Below the pieces are notes generated by a model that saw only the letters and a list, made by a program, of their open reading frames with translations, had not been told where the DNA came from and ran no database searches. The position numbers and the translations under genes are program-made. Shown piece by piece: positions 44,158-54,045 of a DNA stretch of 64,000 nucleotides; the first letter of the stretch is position 1, and the number at the start of each line of letters is the position of its first letter. Source of the stretch: Arcobacteraceae bacterium (GTDB lineage: Bacteria; Campylobacterota; Campylobacteria; Campylobacterales; Arcobacteraceae); contig JBLWVX010000002.1 in NCBI GenBank assembly GCA_048268245.1, positions 64,001 through 128,000 of the forward strand, read 5' to 3'.

Positions 44158-44481
44158 ATGAAACAAAACCTAACAATAAATATAAAAGAACTAACATTCA
44201 AATGTATCATAGGAATACTACCTTTTGAAAGAGAAGAAAAGCAAAGAGTTATTATAAATTTATCTTTTGATTACATATATAAGAACAATTACTTTATAGA
44301 TTATAGTGAAGTTTCACAGTTTGTAAAAAAACAAATGAAAAAGAAAAAATTTGAACTATTAGAGGAAGCTATTGCCCACATAGAGGGAAAGCTATACAAA
44401 ATGTATAAAATTAATAATCTAAAAATAGAAATATCTAAGCCAGATATTTTAAGTGATTGTATTGTGTCTCTTAGCAATTAA
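44158..44481 (+). CDS. folB: Dihydroneopterin aldolase
   Basis: IIGILPFER, IDYS, FELLE, KPDI; follows plsY. Confidence 0.9.
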   Translation: MKQNLTINIKELTFKCIIGILPFEREEKQRVIINLSFDYIYKNNYFIDYSEVSQFVKKQMKKKKFELLEEAIAHIEGKLYKMYKINNLKIEISKPDILSDCIVSLSN

Positions 44482-44564
44482 TCAAAGGTTAATAGCTTGT
44501 TAATTAAAAGTAACCTTAAATTAACACTCAATTAACATAAAATAGATAACTTTTAAGAAAACTT

Positions 44565-44684
44565 TAAAATTTAGTGCAGTAGAATGACCGTAACGGTAAG
44601 CCGGAAAAGTTTTAAAACTAGTTTTTAAATGAGTTCGCGCGCTCCGGTAAACTGATAAAAGATTTCGAAATTTTAGGAGAACAA
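44565..44684 (+). promoter_or_regulatory. Porin promoter (-10 TAAAAT) and ~108-nt structured leader
   Basis: TAAAAT at 44565-44570 preceded by roughly phased TTAA tracts; nested GC stems; SD AGGAGA at 44675-44680. Confidence 0.6.
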
Positions 44685-45794
44685 ATGAAAAAAATCGCAA
44701 AATTAAGTTTAGTAGCTGCAGTAGCAGTAGCTGGATTAACAACAACTTCATCAGCTGCATCTTTAGAAGAAGCAATCAAAGGTGTTGATATTTCTGGTAC
44801 AGCTACATATAGATATGATGATAGAGATAAAGATTCATCAAACTACACAAAAAACTCTTACAAAGTTGCTGTTAATTTAAAATCAAAAGTTAATGAAGAT
44901 ATTACTTTTAACTCAAGAACAATAATTGGTGCTGGTAACACTGATATGGCTGAACTTAATACTAATGCTGCAGATAGTGAAGCTGCATTCGCTTTAACTC
45001 ATGCAAACTTTGCATACACTGGTTTAGCTAATACTACAATTATTGCTGGTAAACAAGCTGTACCATCTCCATTTGCTGTAAGTGCAGATTCTGCTGGTGA
45101 TGAAGATACTGGTGCAGGTTTAACTGCAGTAATTAATGCTGGTGCAGTAACAGTTGCTGCTACTTACTTAAACCAAACAAACTTAGTTACTAATGGTGCA
45201 GATATTGCTGGTTTAGGTTTAATGGGTAACGTTGCTGGTGTAGCTTTAGATGCATGGTACTTAGATGTACAAGAAACTTCTGCAAATAATAATGGACACC
45301 AAGCATATACAATTGGTGCAAAAACTAAAATTGCTCCAGTATCATTATATGCTAGATACTCTGCAGTAGCTCATGACGCAGCAAACACAGATACTGAATC
45401 ATTATGGAAAGTTGGAGCGAAAGCTAAAGTTGGTATTGTTGGATTTGGTATTGACTATGGTCAAACAAATAAAGTTAATAACTACCAAACTGGTGTAAAC
45501 TTAACTGGAGATGCTGATGCAACAGTTAACTTACAAGGATGGGCACTTAACTTAAATAAAAATGATGCTTCATTATTAAAATTAAATGTTAATGCACAAG
45601 TTTCAAATACAGTTAATTTATCAGCTAACTACAATACTTTAGAAGTTGGTTCTGTAGATTCTAAAGAATACTATGGACAAGCTTCATATAAAGTAAACAA
45701 AAACTTCTCTACATATGTAAGATTAGGTCAACACAAAACTGATGGTTCTGATAAAGGTACTAGAGGTAGACTTCACGTACAATACTCTTTCTAG
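44685..45794 (+). CDS. Major outer membrane porin (MOMP/PorA-like)
   Basis: MKKIAKLSLVAA signal, SLEEAIKGVDISG..YRY N-terminus typical of Campylobacterota MOMP, C-terminal YSF, strongly biased codons. Confidence 0.9.
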   Translation: MKKIAKLSLVAAVAVAGLTTTSSAASLEEAIKGVDISGTATYRYDDRDKDSSNYTKNSYKVAVNLKSKVNEDITFNSRTIIGAGNTDMAELNTNAADSEAAFALTHANFAYTGLANTTIIAGKQAVPSPFAVSADSAGDEDTGAGLTAVINAGAVTVAATYLNQTNLVTNGADIAGLGLMGNVAGVALDAWYLDVQETSANNNGHQAYTIGAKTKIAPVSLYARYSAVAHDAANTDTESLWKVGAKAKVGIVGFGIDYGQTNKVNNYQTGVNLTGDADATVNLQGWALNLNKNDASLLKLNVNAQVSNTVNLSANYNTLEVGSVDSKEYYGQASYKVNKNFSTYVRLGQHKTDGSDKGTRGRLHVQYSF

Positions 45795-45822
45795 TCAAAA
45801 GTATTGTTTCTATTAAACTTAA

Positions 45823-45858
45823 AAAAAAAGGTTAGAGATTTATCTCTAACCTTTTTTT
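45823..45858 (+). terminator. Intrinsic terminator of the porin gene
   Basis: AAAAAAAGGTTAGAGAT-tt-ATCTCTAACCTTTTTTT. Confidence 0.88.
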
Positions 45859-45920
45859 ATTACTAACTATTTTTTAATTTTATTATGATAAAATCTATAA
45901 ATTTAAAAAAGGATTTTGTC

Positions 45921-46556
45921 TTGAAAAAAATACTTCTTTCAGCTTTTGCAATTGTTAGTTCAACAATTGTATATGCAAATACAACTATGTGTTTTAAAGA
46001 AAATCATACTTCAATGTCTACAATTGAAAAGGTTAAACTTAATGGTGGAGAATGTAAAAGTATATTTAGTGTTAATGATATGAAAAATAAGGGCTGGATA
46101 ATTGATGACATAAAAATCACTACTTCATCAAATGGTATGAACTATATCTATATATTTAAAGATAAGAATCTTATTTCTAATGGTAATACTTTTAATACTA
46201 CTGAAACTCAAAAAGATATAGAAGCTAGAATATTAGCTAGCTTAGAAAAGAAAAAAGAAAAAGAAAAAATTGAAAAAGAATTAAAAAGAAAAACTACTCT
46301 TGAACAAGAAGGTGAAATATTTTATATAGCAAAGTGTCAGAGTTGTCATGGGAAAAATGGTGAACTTGAAGCAAGAGGATACTCAAGACCTTTAAATACA
46401 TTAACATTAGATGAAATGGAAAAGACTATTAGAGATTATTCAAATGGTACATATGACAGAGGACTAGCCATGGTAATGAGACCAATAGCAAATACAACTA
46501 CTTATAAAGATTTAGAAAAAGTTTACAACTACTTAAATAAAATAAATAAAAAATAA
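45921..46556 (+). CDS. Exported protein with C-terminal c553-like cytochrome c domain (TTG start likely)
   Basis: SD AAGGA before TTG 45921, signal peptide, CQSCH, distal Met (AMVM). Confidence 0.8.
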   Translation: MKKILLSAFAIVSSTIVYANTTMCFKENHTSMSTIEKVKLNGGECKSIFSVNDMKNKGWIIDDIKITTSSNGMNYIYIFKDKNLISNGNTFNTTETQKDIEARILASLEKKKEKEKIEKELKRKTTLEQEGEIFYIAKCQSCHGKNGELEARGYSRPLNTLTLDEMEKTIRDYSNGTYDRGLAMVMRPIANTTTYKDLEKVYNYLNKINKK

Positions 46557-46578
46557 ACTATAAATAGTTTATTTTTTA
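46547..46578 (+). terminator. AT-rich inverted repeat overlapping the stop codon
   Basis: TAAAAAATAAACTAT-aa-ATAGTTTATTTTTTA. Confidence 0.5.
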
Positions 46579-46647
46579 TACATTATAACCATATAAATAT
46601 TTTTAACAAATGCTATACTAATCCTATTATTACACATAGGAGATTAT

Positions 46648-47736
46648 ATGAAAAAATTAAGTTTATTTACATCTATATTATTAGTTAACAGTGCTATTAC
46701 ATTTGCTAGTGCTGATACTTTGAAAGAAGCCATTTCATCTGGTTCTACTTCAGGAGATATTTCAATTTATCATGAATCTACAAACATGGATACAGGAACT
46801 GATTCTGGATTTACTTCTGCGGGTGTTAGTCTTAACTATACTACTAAATCATTTAATGGATTTAGCGGAAAAGTAGGTTTTGTTGCTGCAAGTGATATTG
46901 ATGAAAAAAATGACAATGACTCATCAGTTTTAGCTGATAATTCAATATTAAGTGAAGCTAATATCACATATTCAACTGATTCATTTAGTATTACTGCTGG
47001 TAGACAAGCAATTGATTTAGAATGGATGGGAGATTATCATGAAGCCATTGTAGCTTCAACTTCAATCATTCCTAATACAACTCTTATAGTTGGATATTCT
47101 GATAAAACTGCTGTTGCAGGAGTAGATGAAATTTCATCAAAATTCTCAGATGTAAACGGTACAAAAGGTGCATATGTTGTTGATGCAAAATATACTGGTA
47201 TTGAAAGTATAACTTTAAATCCATATTACTATTCTGCAAATGATGTTGCTAACTTCTATGGTTTAAAAGGTGATTACTCATCAGATTTATTTTCTGCAAC
47301 TGCACATTATGCAAGTTCAAGTGAAGATGTATCAACTACTAAAGATGGCTCAATCATTCATTTAGGTTTAGGTACAAATATTTCAGGTATTTCTTTAAAT
47401 GCAGGATATATTAAAACTGACAAAGATGGTGGAATTGGTTCAATCAGTTCATTTGGAGATAATATTTCACCTTTTGATGATGGAACAAATGTATATGGAA
47501 CAGATGCAAAAACTTATTATGGTAGTGCATCATATACTATATCAAAAGCAACTCTAACTGCACTATATGGTACAACGGATTATGGAACAAATAATGATAC
47601 AGATGAGCTAAATTTAACTCTTGACTATAGCTTTACTGATGAATTATCGGCTAATGTTTTATATGTTGATTATGAAGATTCAACTTCAACAAAAGACTAT
47701 GATAAAATTTATGCATCTTTAACATACACTTTCTAA
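46648..47736 (+). CDS. Opr/OprD-like outer membrane porin
   Basis: Signal peptide, TLKEAI, AGRQAIDLEW, alternating beta pattern, C-terminal YTF. Confidence 0.85.
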   Translation: MKKLSLFTSILLVNSAITFASADTLKEAISSGSTSGDISIYHESTNMDTGTDSGFTSAGVSLNYTTKSFNGFSGKVGFVAASDIDEKNDNDSSVLADNSILSEANITYSTDSFSITAGRQAIDLEWMGDYHEAIVASTSIIPNTTLIVGYSDKTAVAGVDEISSKFSDVNGTKGAYVVDAKYTGIESITLNPYYYSANDVANFYGLKGDYSSDLFSATAHYASSSEDVSTTKDGSIIHLGLGTNISGISLNAGYIKTDKDGGIGSISSFGDNISPFDDGTNVYGTDAKTYYGSASYTISKATLTALYGTTDYGTNNDTDELNLTLDYSFTDELSANVLYVDYEDSTSTKDYDKIYASLTYTF

Positions 47737-47762
47737 AATAAAATCTTTAAATAAGCGCGAAC

Positions 47763-47796
47763 AAATCAGGACCTAAAAAAGTCCTGATTTAATTTT
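47763..47796 (+). terminator. Intrinsic terminator
   Basis: AAATCAGGAC-ctaaaaaa-GTCCTGATTT followed by AATTTT. Confidence 0.75.
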
Positions 47797-47853
47797 ACTC
47801 TAACCACTTCTTATACTACTTTTTTGTATAATCCATGCAAAGGATTTAATTAT

Positions 47854-48948
47854 ATGGACGCATACGAATATAGTGAACTACTAAAAACATTAAATACAAA
47901 ACTTGACAACATTACAGGAATTTTAAAACCTGATGAATTAAATGCTAGACTTAAAGAAATAGAAGAACTAGAAGCACAACAAGATTTTTGGAATGATGTT
48001 GACACTGCTACTAAAATAGGTATAGAAAAAAATAGAATACTTTCAAAACTAAGTAAATTTAATAAGGCCAACGAAGCATTAAGTGGAACAAATGACCTTT
48101 ATGAACTTGCAAATGAAGAAAGAGATGAAGATACTATTGAAATGCTTTATGAAGAAGCAGATGAGTTAAAAGAGCTTATAAAATCAACAGAAATTTCTGT
48201 AATGCTAAGCAACCCTGATGATGCTTCAAATGCAATTGTTTCTATTCATCCAGGTGCAGGTGGAACTGAGTCACAAGACTGGGCACAAATGCTTTATAGA
48301 ATGTATTTAAGATGGGCTGAAAGATATGATTATAAAATTGAACTACTTGATTATCAGCCAGGGGAAGAAGCTGGTATAAAAGATGTGTCATTTATCGTAA
48401 AGGGTGAAAATGCTTACGGATATCTAAAAGCAGAAAATGGAATTCATAGACTTGTTAGAATTTCACCATTTGATTCAAATGCAAAAAGACATACTTCATT
48501 TGCTTCTGTTATGGTATCTCCTGAAATTGATGATAATATTGATATTGAAATAGAAGATAAAGATATTAGAATTGATACTTATAGAGCAAGTGGAGCTGGT
48601 GGACAGCATGTAAATAAAACAGAATCAGCTATTAGAATCACACATATAGAATCAGGAATTGTAGTTCAATGTCAAAATGATAGATCTCAGCACAAAAACA
48701 AAGCTAGTGCCATGAAAATGTTAAAATCAAGACTTTATGAGTTAGAGCTTGAAAAACAACAAGCAGACAAAGATGGTGTTGAAAAAAGTGAAATTGGATG
48801 GGGTCATCAAATTAGATCTTATGTTCTTCAACCATACCAACAAGTAAAAGATACTAGAAGTAATATTGGTTACTCAAATGTAGATGCTATCTTAGATGGT
48901 GATATAACAAAAATTATTGAAGATGTACTTATAGCTACAAGCAAATAA
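47854..48948 (+). CDS. prfB: Peptide chain release factor 2 (no programmed frameshift)
   Basis: SPF motif, [23 protein letters not shown] before ATG 47854. Confidence 0.98.
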   Translation: MDAYEYSELLKTLNTKLDNITGILKPDELNARLKEIEELEAQQDFWNDVDTATKIGIEKNRILSKLSKFNKANEALSGTNDLYELANEERDEDTIEMLYEEADELKELIKSTEISVMLSNPDDASNAIVSIHPGAGGTESQDWAQMLYRMYLRWAERYDYKIELLDYQPGEEAGIKDVSFIVKGENAYGYLKAENGIHRLVRISPFDSNAKRHTSFASVMVSPEIDDNIDIEIEDKDIRIDTYRASGAGGQHVNKTESAIRITHIESGIVVQCQNDRSQHKNKASAMKMLKSRLYELELEKQQADKDGVEKSEIGWGHQIRSYVLQPYQQVKDTRSNIGYSNVDAILDGDITKIIEDVLIATSK

Positions 48949-48955
48949 TACTTAA

Positions 48956-48989
48956 AAGCAGAAGCGAATCTTATATTCGCACTCTGTTT
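48956..48989. terminator. Hairpin between convergent prfB and addB
   Basis: AAGCAGA.GCGAAT-loop-ATTCGC..TCTGTTT. Confidence 0.65.
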
Positions 48990-48996
48990 AAAATCA

Positions 48997-51378
48997 CTAT
49001 TCTCTATCGCAAATAGTTTTATAAATACAGAAATTACAAGATGATTTTTGTTCAGTTTTTTCAAAATTTATATCATTTTTACTTAACTCTTTTAGCTCTT
49101 CTAGTTTACTGCTTAATAGCTCAAGCTTTTTATCTAAAGCAATCTCTTCTACAAGCTTAACAGAGTTTAAATCATAATAAAAAGTGTCTATATTATCATC
49201 TTTATAAAGTTCATTTACTGCAAGATAATAAAACTCTAATTGAAAATCAATAGATTTTTCATAGTTTTTTAAAGTATCAACTTTTAAAGAAGATGAAGTT
49301 TTATAATCTATTACTTCATATCTTTTTGTCTGATTATTATAATCTATTCTATCAACTATACCTTTTAACTTAAAACCATCAAACTCTATTTCAAACATTT
49401 TTTCTAAGGCTAAAATCTTTGAGTTTTCAAGTCTTTTTGAATCATAAATATAAAAATCATGAAGTTTCTTTTTCCATATTTCTAAATCAAGAGCTAAAAG
49501 TGGGTTTTCACTTCTGTAGTTATTAAATAGATTCTCTATTTTTCTAAAATCTAATTCTAAATTACTCTCATCAATAGTATAATATTTTTCTAATATCTCA
49601 TGTACAATATTTCCAAGCTCAAAAGATTTTGGTTTTAAAGATAAATCATGATCAGCAATTTTTAAAATATATTGTAAATAAAATCTTCTTTTACAATCTA
49701 AGAAAGTCTTTAGTGAGCTTGCAGACCAAGAGAACTTTGATAAATCAACTCTATCAATTATATCTTTATCAAAATGTTTCAAAGTATAGTTATTGTATAA
49801 AATATGTCTATATGAGTTATCGTATACATTATAATCAATCTTCTCTGTAAATAACTCATTTGCAAATCTTGTAATCTGATTTGAATCAGAATTAACATAA
49901 GAGATATAAACCTCTTTTGATGAGTTAATCAATCTTTTATAATAGTACTTTTGTAAAAGTTCTCTATCACTTAAAGTTGGAAGATTTGTCATAGCTTTAA
50001 TTTTTGAAGATAAAAACTTATCTTTTACAGATGCTTTTGGTATAAACTGCTCATTAAAATCACATATAATTACTGCATCAAAACTGTTTGCTCTTGTTTC
50101 AAGCAGTCCTAAAACGGTAATCTTTCCAGAGTTAATATCATCAAGTTTTATCTCTTTTATTCTTTGAAGTAAAACTTTATATACATCTTTTACTAAAAGA
50201 GGATTTTCTGAAATAAAAAGTAATCTTTTTAATTTATAAACTAAATCATCAAACTTTTCACATAACTCACTGCTACTTTCAAAACTTTTTATATATTCAC
50301 ATAAAAACTCAAAATTCTCTTTAGTACAAATTTTTGTATATATTTTTTGAATATTATCATCAACATATTTTTTATCAATTTTTAAATAGTTTAATCTCTC
50401 AATATTAACTATTTCTTTTTCATTTAGATAATTATAAATTGCATTTGATACTTCATATAGTTTTCTGTTTTCAATAGATTTACCCATAGCAAAGTTAAAA
50501 TATCTTTCATTGTCAAATAACTGTACTGTAGAAGCAAAACTTTCATCGGGTAATACCAAAGCTATATTAGATGGGTTTATACCTTTTTGAATACAGTTTA
50601 CAATTGAGGCTTTAATAAAAGCTATTTGATTTACTCTTGAATTAAAACCTTTAATTTCAACATAACCATTTTGTGATTTCAGTTCATTTTTATAAATGAT
50701 TTTTTTCTCACTCATATTTACTATATACTCAAAATCTATTTCGATTTTTTCATCTTCTATAAACTCTTTAAATACTTCTAAAGACTTTTGATTGTATTCA
50801 TTTGAAAAAAATTTAATATTTAAATTAACTTCACTTGAAATAGCTTTGATTATATCAAACTCAACTTTTGTAAAGTACCCTTCAAATATAAGATTTATTT
50901 CACTAAATTTATCCAAATAGCTTTTATTTAATTCATAATATTTAAAATATGTTACCCTATCAACAAATCCATTTTTGTCAAGAATTTCAACATATTTATC
51001 ATAGATTTTTGATAATATCTCTAAATGTTCAAAATAGTAATCATAAGTATCTGCTGTTTTAATATCTTGTATTGAAATTTTTTCACTAGAAAGTTCTGTA
51101 AAAAATCTATATATGTACTCATTTTGTTTTAAAAATTTTGTAAAACTATCTGATATCCCAAGTTTAGAAACGTCGATATCTTTAATAGCCTCTTTTAAAA
51201 ATAAAAATCTTTGTTCTTCATCACAATATTTTTTATCATTAATAATAATAGATTTTTTAAAAAACTCATCAATTGTAAGAGTAAAAGGAAGAAGAGTATT
51301 AGAACCTTTTAAGTCACCTAAAAAAGTTCTAATAGCTCTTGATGTTGGGAAAACAAAAAGTCTATTTTTTTCTAGCAT
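48997..51378 (-). CDS. addB: AddB-like PD-(D/E)XK nuclease with Fe-S staple
   Basis: FPTSRA, GLLETR, SASSLKTFLDC, GIVDRID..IDYKT, CNFCIYKTIC. Confidence 0.87.
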   Translation of the reverse strand: MLEKNRLFVFPTSRAIRTFLGDLKGSNTLLPFTLTIDEFFKKSIIINDKKYCDEEQRFLFLKEAIKDIDVSKLGISDSFTKFLKQNEYIYRFFTELSSEKISIQDIKTADTYDYYFEHLEILSKIYDKYVEILDKNGFVDRVTYFKYYELNKSYLDKFSEINLIFEGYFTKVEFDIIKAISSEVNLNIKFFSNEYNQKSLEVFKEFIEDEKIEIDFEYIVNMSEKKIIYKNELKSQNGYVEIKGFNSRVNQIAFIKASIVNCIQKGINPSNIALVLPDESFASTVQLFDNERYFNFAMGKSIENRKLYEVSNAIYNYLNEKEIVNIERLNYLKIDKKYVDDNIQKIYTKICTKENFEFLCEYIKSFESSSELCEKFDDLVYKLKRLLFISENPLLVKDVYKVLLQRIKEIKLDDINSGKITVLGLLETRANSFDAVIICDFNEQFIPKASVKDKFLSSKIKAMTNLPTLSDRELLQKYYYKRLINSSKEVYISYVNSDSNQITRFANELFTEKIDYNVYDNSYRHILYNNYTLKHFDKDIIDRVDLSKFSWSASSLKTFLDCKRRFYLQYILKIADHDLSLKPKSFELGNIVHEILEKYYTIDESNLELDFRKIENLFNNYRSENPLLALDLEIWKKKLHDFYIYDSKRLENSKILALEKMFEIEFDGFKLKGIVDRIDYNNQTKRYEVIDYKTSSSLKVDTLKNYEKSIDFQLEFYYLAVNELYKDDNIDTFYYDLNSVKLVEEIALDKKLELLSSKLEELKELSKNDINFEKTEQKSSCNFCIYKTICDRE

Positions 51379-51928
51379 TTGTTTTTATATAAATATAACC
51401 TGCATTACCATCTATATCAAGTGTACCTGTTATATTCCAATTATTTTCTTCTGTAATATCAAATTGTGTTACATATTCATTATTATTATTTTTAAACTTA
51501 CTATTATCTAGTAAAATATCATTATCAATAGTACTACTTTTTGTAACTTTTAAATTAATATCAATAGTTTTTTTAATATTAGTTTTTTTGTCAATTGCAA
51601 ATACTTTTATAGTATTTAATCCTAAAACCATAACATCTTTATGTTTTGATTTCTTTTCAAGTACTCTTTGTGAATGCATAATATCATCAACAGTTAAATC
51701 AAAACTTCTGTCATTTAAAACTAATTTTAAATCATATAAACTGTTGAATTTTTTATTTGAATTCATAATATCATTATATGATTCATCAACATCTTGATAT
51801 TCTTTCATAAAGCTTTTATCTTCATCGATATTAGCTTGAGAAGTACTATATATAGTCCATATAATCATTGAAAATACAAATGAAAATATTCCTATAAAAA
51901 AAAGCGGCCAATAATTTCTATTTTTCAT
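51362..51928 (-). CDS. FixH/CcoH-like cbb3 assembly protein
   Basis: NYWP plus one TM, F...YQDVD..YN.I; cco operon context. Confidence 0.7.
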   Translation of the reverse strand: MKNRNYWPLFFIGIFSFVFSMIIWTIYSTSQANIDEDKSFMKEYQDVDESYNDIMNSNKKFNSLYDLKLVLNDRSFDLTVDDIMHSQRVLEKKSKHKDVMVLGLNTIKVFAIDKKTNIKKTIDINLKVTKSSTIDNDILLDNSKFKNNNNEYVTQFDITEENNWNITGTLDIDGNAGYIYIKTNARKK

Positions 51929-51932
51929 AAAT

Positions 51933-52568
51933 TTATGATTTCCTTTTTCTTAATACTGCATAAGTATAAGCTAACAGTCCTATAACAATAATAGTATACA
52001 TAAACACACGCCATATAGTACTAGAAACTTTTCCTTGGTTTCCAATACTTGTTTCAAGTTTTACTTCTTTTTGTGAAGCTAATGTATCTGCTATTGAAGC
52101 ATAACCATTTAACATAGAAGCACTAACTTTTGCAAAAAGTGTGTTCTTATCTTTTGAAGCCAATAAAGGTACTACATATCCATCTAAAATATCATCTTTA
52201 TCAACAATTTTCTTTAAATTATCATCTGAATAAATTAAATTTACATGTGTATCATCTATAAACGCAGTTAAAAGAATATAAGGCTTTTTAAGAGCCAGCA
52301 GAAGATCATTTTCATGAGCTTTTATAGTAGCAAATTTCTTTTTCATAGGAAATTCTTCTGGTAAATTTAAACCTTTAATAGTATAAACATAAATATTCAC
52401 ACCTAATTTAGTTTTAACTTCATTTCCAATTTGATTTATTTTTTCTTGTGCTCTTGTATCAATTAGACTATCATCTTTTAAGATGTAACCTTGTGCAAAT
52501 AAGTTTTGTGATAAAAAAAATAGCAGTGAAAAAAACACTGCTATTTTAAAATTAACTAAATTTTTCAT
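51933..52568 (-). CDS. Exported, C-terminally anchored protein (possibly TPM-like) in the cco operon
   Basis: Signal peptide, C-terminal TM plus basic tail. Confidence 0.65.
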   Translation of the reverse strand: MKNLVNFKIAVFFSLLFFLSQNLFAQGYILKDDSLIDTRAQEKINQIGNEVKTKLGVNIYVYTIKGLNLPEEFPMKKKFATIKAHENDLLLALKKPYILLTAFIDDTHVNLIYSDDNLKKIVDKDDILDGYVVPLLASKDKNTLFAKVSASMLNGYASIADTLASQKEVKLETSIGNQGKVSSTIWRVFMYTIIVIGLLAYTYAVLRKRKS

Positions 52569-52661
52569 TTATCCAACGAACACTCTAGTTGAGTCAAAAA
52601 ACCCATAGTAAGCTGTCATAACGGCAGAAACTAAAAGTAAAACACCTATGATTTTTTCCAT
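52569..52661 (-). CDS. 30-aa membrane microprotein (absent from ORF track)
   Basis: Hand translation MEKIIGVLLLVSAVMTAYYGFFDSTRVFVG*; SD TAAGGAG 6 nt upstream; fills the gap in the operon. Confidence 0.85.
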   Translation of the reverse strand: MEKIIGVLLLVSAVMTAYYGFFDSTRVFVG

Positions 52662-52671
52662 ACTTTACTCC

Positions 52672-52914
52672 TTACTTACCATTACCAACAAGCTCATATT
52701 GCTTGTGGTTGTCTGAACTATTCATTTTTAAACCATTTAAATCTTGGTTAATTTTATAATAGTTATCAGCCTCGTTTTGTTGAACCTTAATTGCATTAAT
52801 AGTTAGAACTGCTAAGATTGTAAGTAATAAAGCAGTTGCTATAAGCATTCCTGTAATACCATGTAATTTAAAGATTCCTCTTTCATTTTCATTCATTTGT
52901 GTATTTCCAGCCAT
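52672..52914 (-). CDS. DUF4006-like small membrane protein following ccoP
   Basis: ENERGIFKLHGITGMLIAT..LLTIL, single TM. Confidence 0.8.
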   Translation of the reverse strand: MAGNTQMNENERGIFKLHGITGMLIATALLLTILAVLTINAIKVQQNEADNYYKINQDLNGLKMNSSDNHKQYELVGNGK

Positions 52915-52915
52915 A

Positions 52916-53809
52916 TTACTCTCCTAAACTTCTAATATAAGTAGCTAATGCTTTTTCTTGAGTTTCGTTAAGTCTTCCATCAAAACTTGGCATTACACCA
53001 ATGTTTCCTTTTTTACCATCTTTTAATACAGCCATAACAATTGCATCATCATATTCTCTAATATTTGGTGCAACATATGCCATACCTTTACCATCAATAC
53101 CATGACATCCAGCACAAACACCATAAGCTGCAGGTTGTTCACCTTGGAATCCATTAGCTACGTACTCTGCCACTTCATTGATATCTTTTTCTTCTGTTAA
53201 CATCATTGGAGGCATTCCAGCTGGGTATGCAGTTTTTAAATTGTTTGCACCATTTTTAATCACATTAACAACTTGATTTTTAGCAAATCTTTTTGTTAAA
53301 TTATGAGCTTTACCATTAATACCCTCAGCATCAACACCATGACAAGGTGCACATTGTACTAAGAATAATGAACTTCCCATTGCTTCAAGAGTTTCTTGTG
53401 ATGGATTTTCCCATTTAGCTTCAAACTTTTTATTGTATTCAATAGTTTCTTCATTCCATTGACCAATTTGTGAAAAACCATTAATTGGATAACCAACTGT
53501 AAAGTACCAAAACATCCATACAATAGTACCAATAAATGCTAATCCCCATCCTGTAGGAATAGGGTTTTTATATTCACCAATACCATCCCAATTTTCTTCA
53601 GCTAAATCACCACTAGCTGTATCATTTTTCATTTGATTAACATATTTAAGTGCTACAAATACTGTAATAGTAATAATTGCTACAGCACCTAACATTGTTA
53701 AACTATTTATATTCGAAATATCGCTACTAAAAGCATCACCTGCTGCGAAGTAAGTTCCTGCTAATAAAGCGATGATAAGAACAATTCCACCTACTACCAT
53801 AGATTTCAT
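52916..53809 (-). CDS. ccoP: cbb3 cytochrome c oxidase subunit III
   Basis: WDGIGEYKNPIP.GW, CAPCH and CAGCH. Confidence 0.96.
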   Translation of the reverse strand: MKSMVVGGIVLIIALLAGTYFAAGDAFSSDISNINSLTMLGAVAIITITVFVALKYVNQMKNDTASGDLAEENWDGIGEYKNPIPTGWGLAFIGTIVWMFWYFTVGYPINGFSQIGQWNEETIEYNKKFEAKWENPSQETLEAMGSSLFLVQCAPCHGVDAEGINGKAHNLTKRFAKNQVVNVIKNGANNLKTAYPAGMPPMMLTEEKDINEVAEYVANGFQGEQPAAYGVCAGCHGIDGKGMAYVAPNIREYDDAIVMAVLKDGKKGNIGVMPSFDGRLNETQEKALATYIRSLGE

Positions 53810-53810
53810 G

Positions 53811-54035
53811 TTATGTCTCCTTATTATCTATATCTTTATCTTTTTTTCTATCTTCTAGAGGAGTTGAAACATCTGCATCATCGTGCACTAGTTTTGAGTA
53901 TTTTTCAAAATCTCTTTCACCAGTTTTATCTCTCTTGTATATAGAGTAAGCATAAGAGTAAAAAATAATAAATATAGCTAAAATAAAAAAGAATTTAGCA
54001 TAACCTTGCACAGTAACCAGTGTTTCATAATCCAT
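53811..54035 (-). CDS. ccoQ: cbb3 oxidase small subunit
   Basis: Single TM, located between ccoO and ccoP. Confidence 0.9.
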   Translation of the reverse strand: MDYETLVTVQGYAKFFFILAIFIIFYSYAYSIYKRDKTGERDFEKYSKLVHDDADVSTPLEDRKKDKDIDNKET

Positions 54036-54045
54036 TTAAGAACCT

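Noticed and set aside
44016..44228. 70-aa ORF in the track
   Set aside because: It starts inside the tandem repeat, overlaps folB out of frame and has no recognisable motif.
44521..44775. 84-aa antisense ORF over the porin leader
   Set aside because: Shadow ORF of the porin signal peptide and promoter.
47854..47950. prfB lacks the +1 programmed frameshift
   Set aside because: In-frame prfB is normal in many lineages including Campylobacterota.
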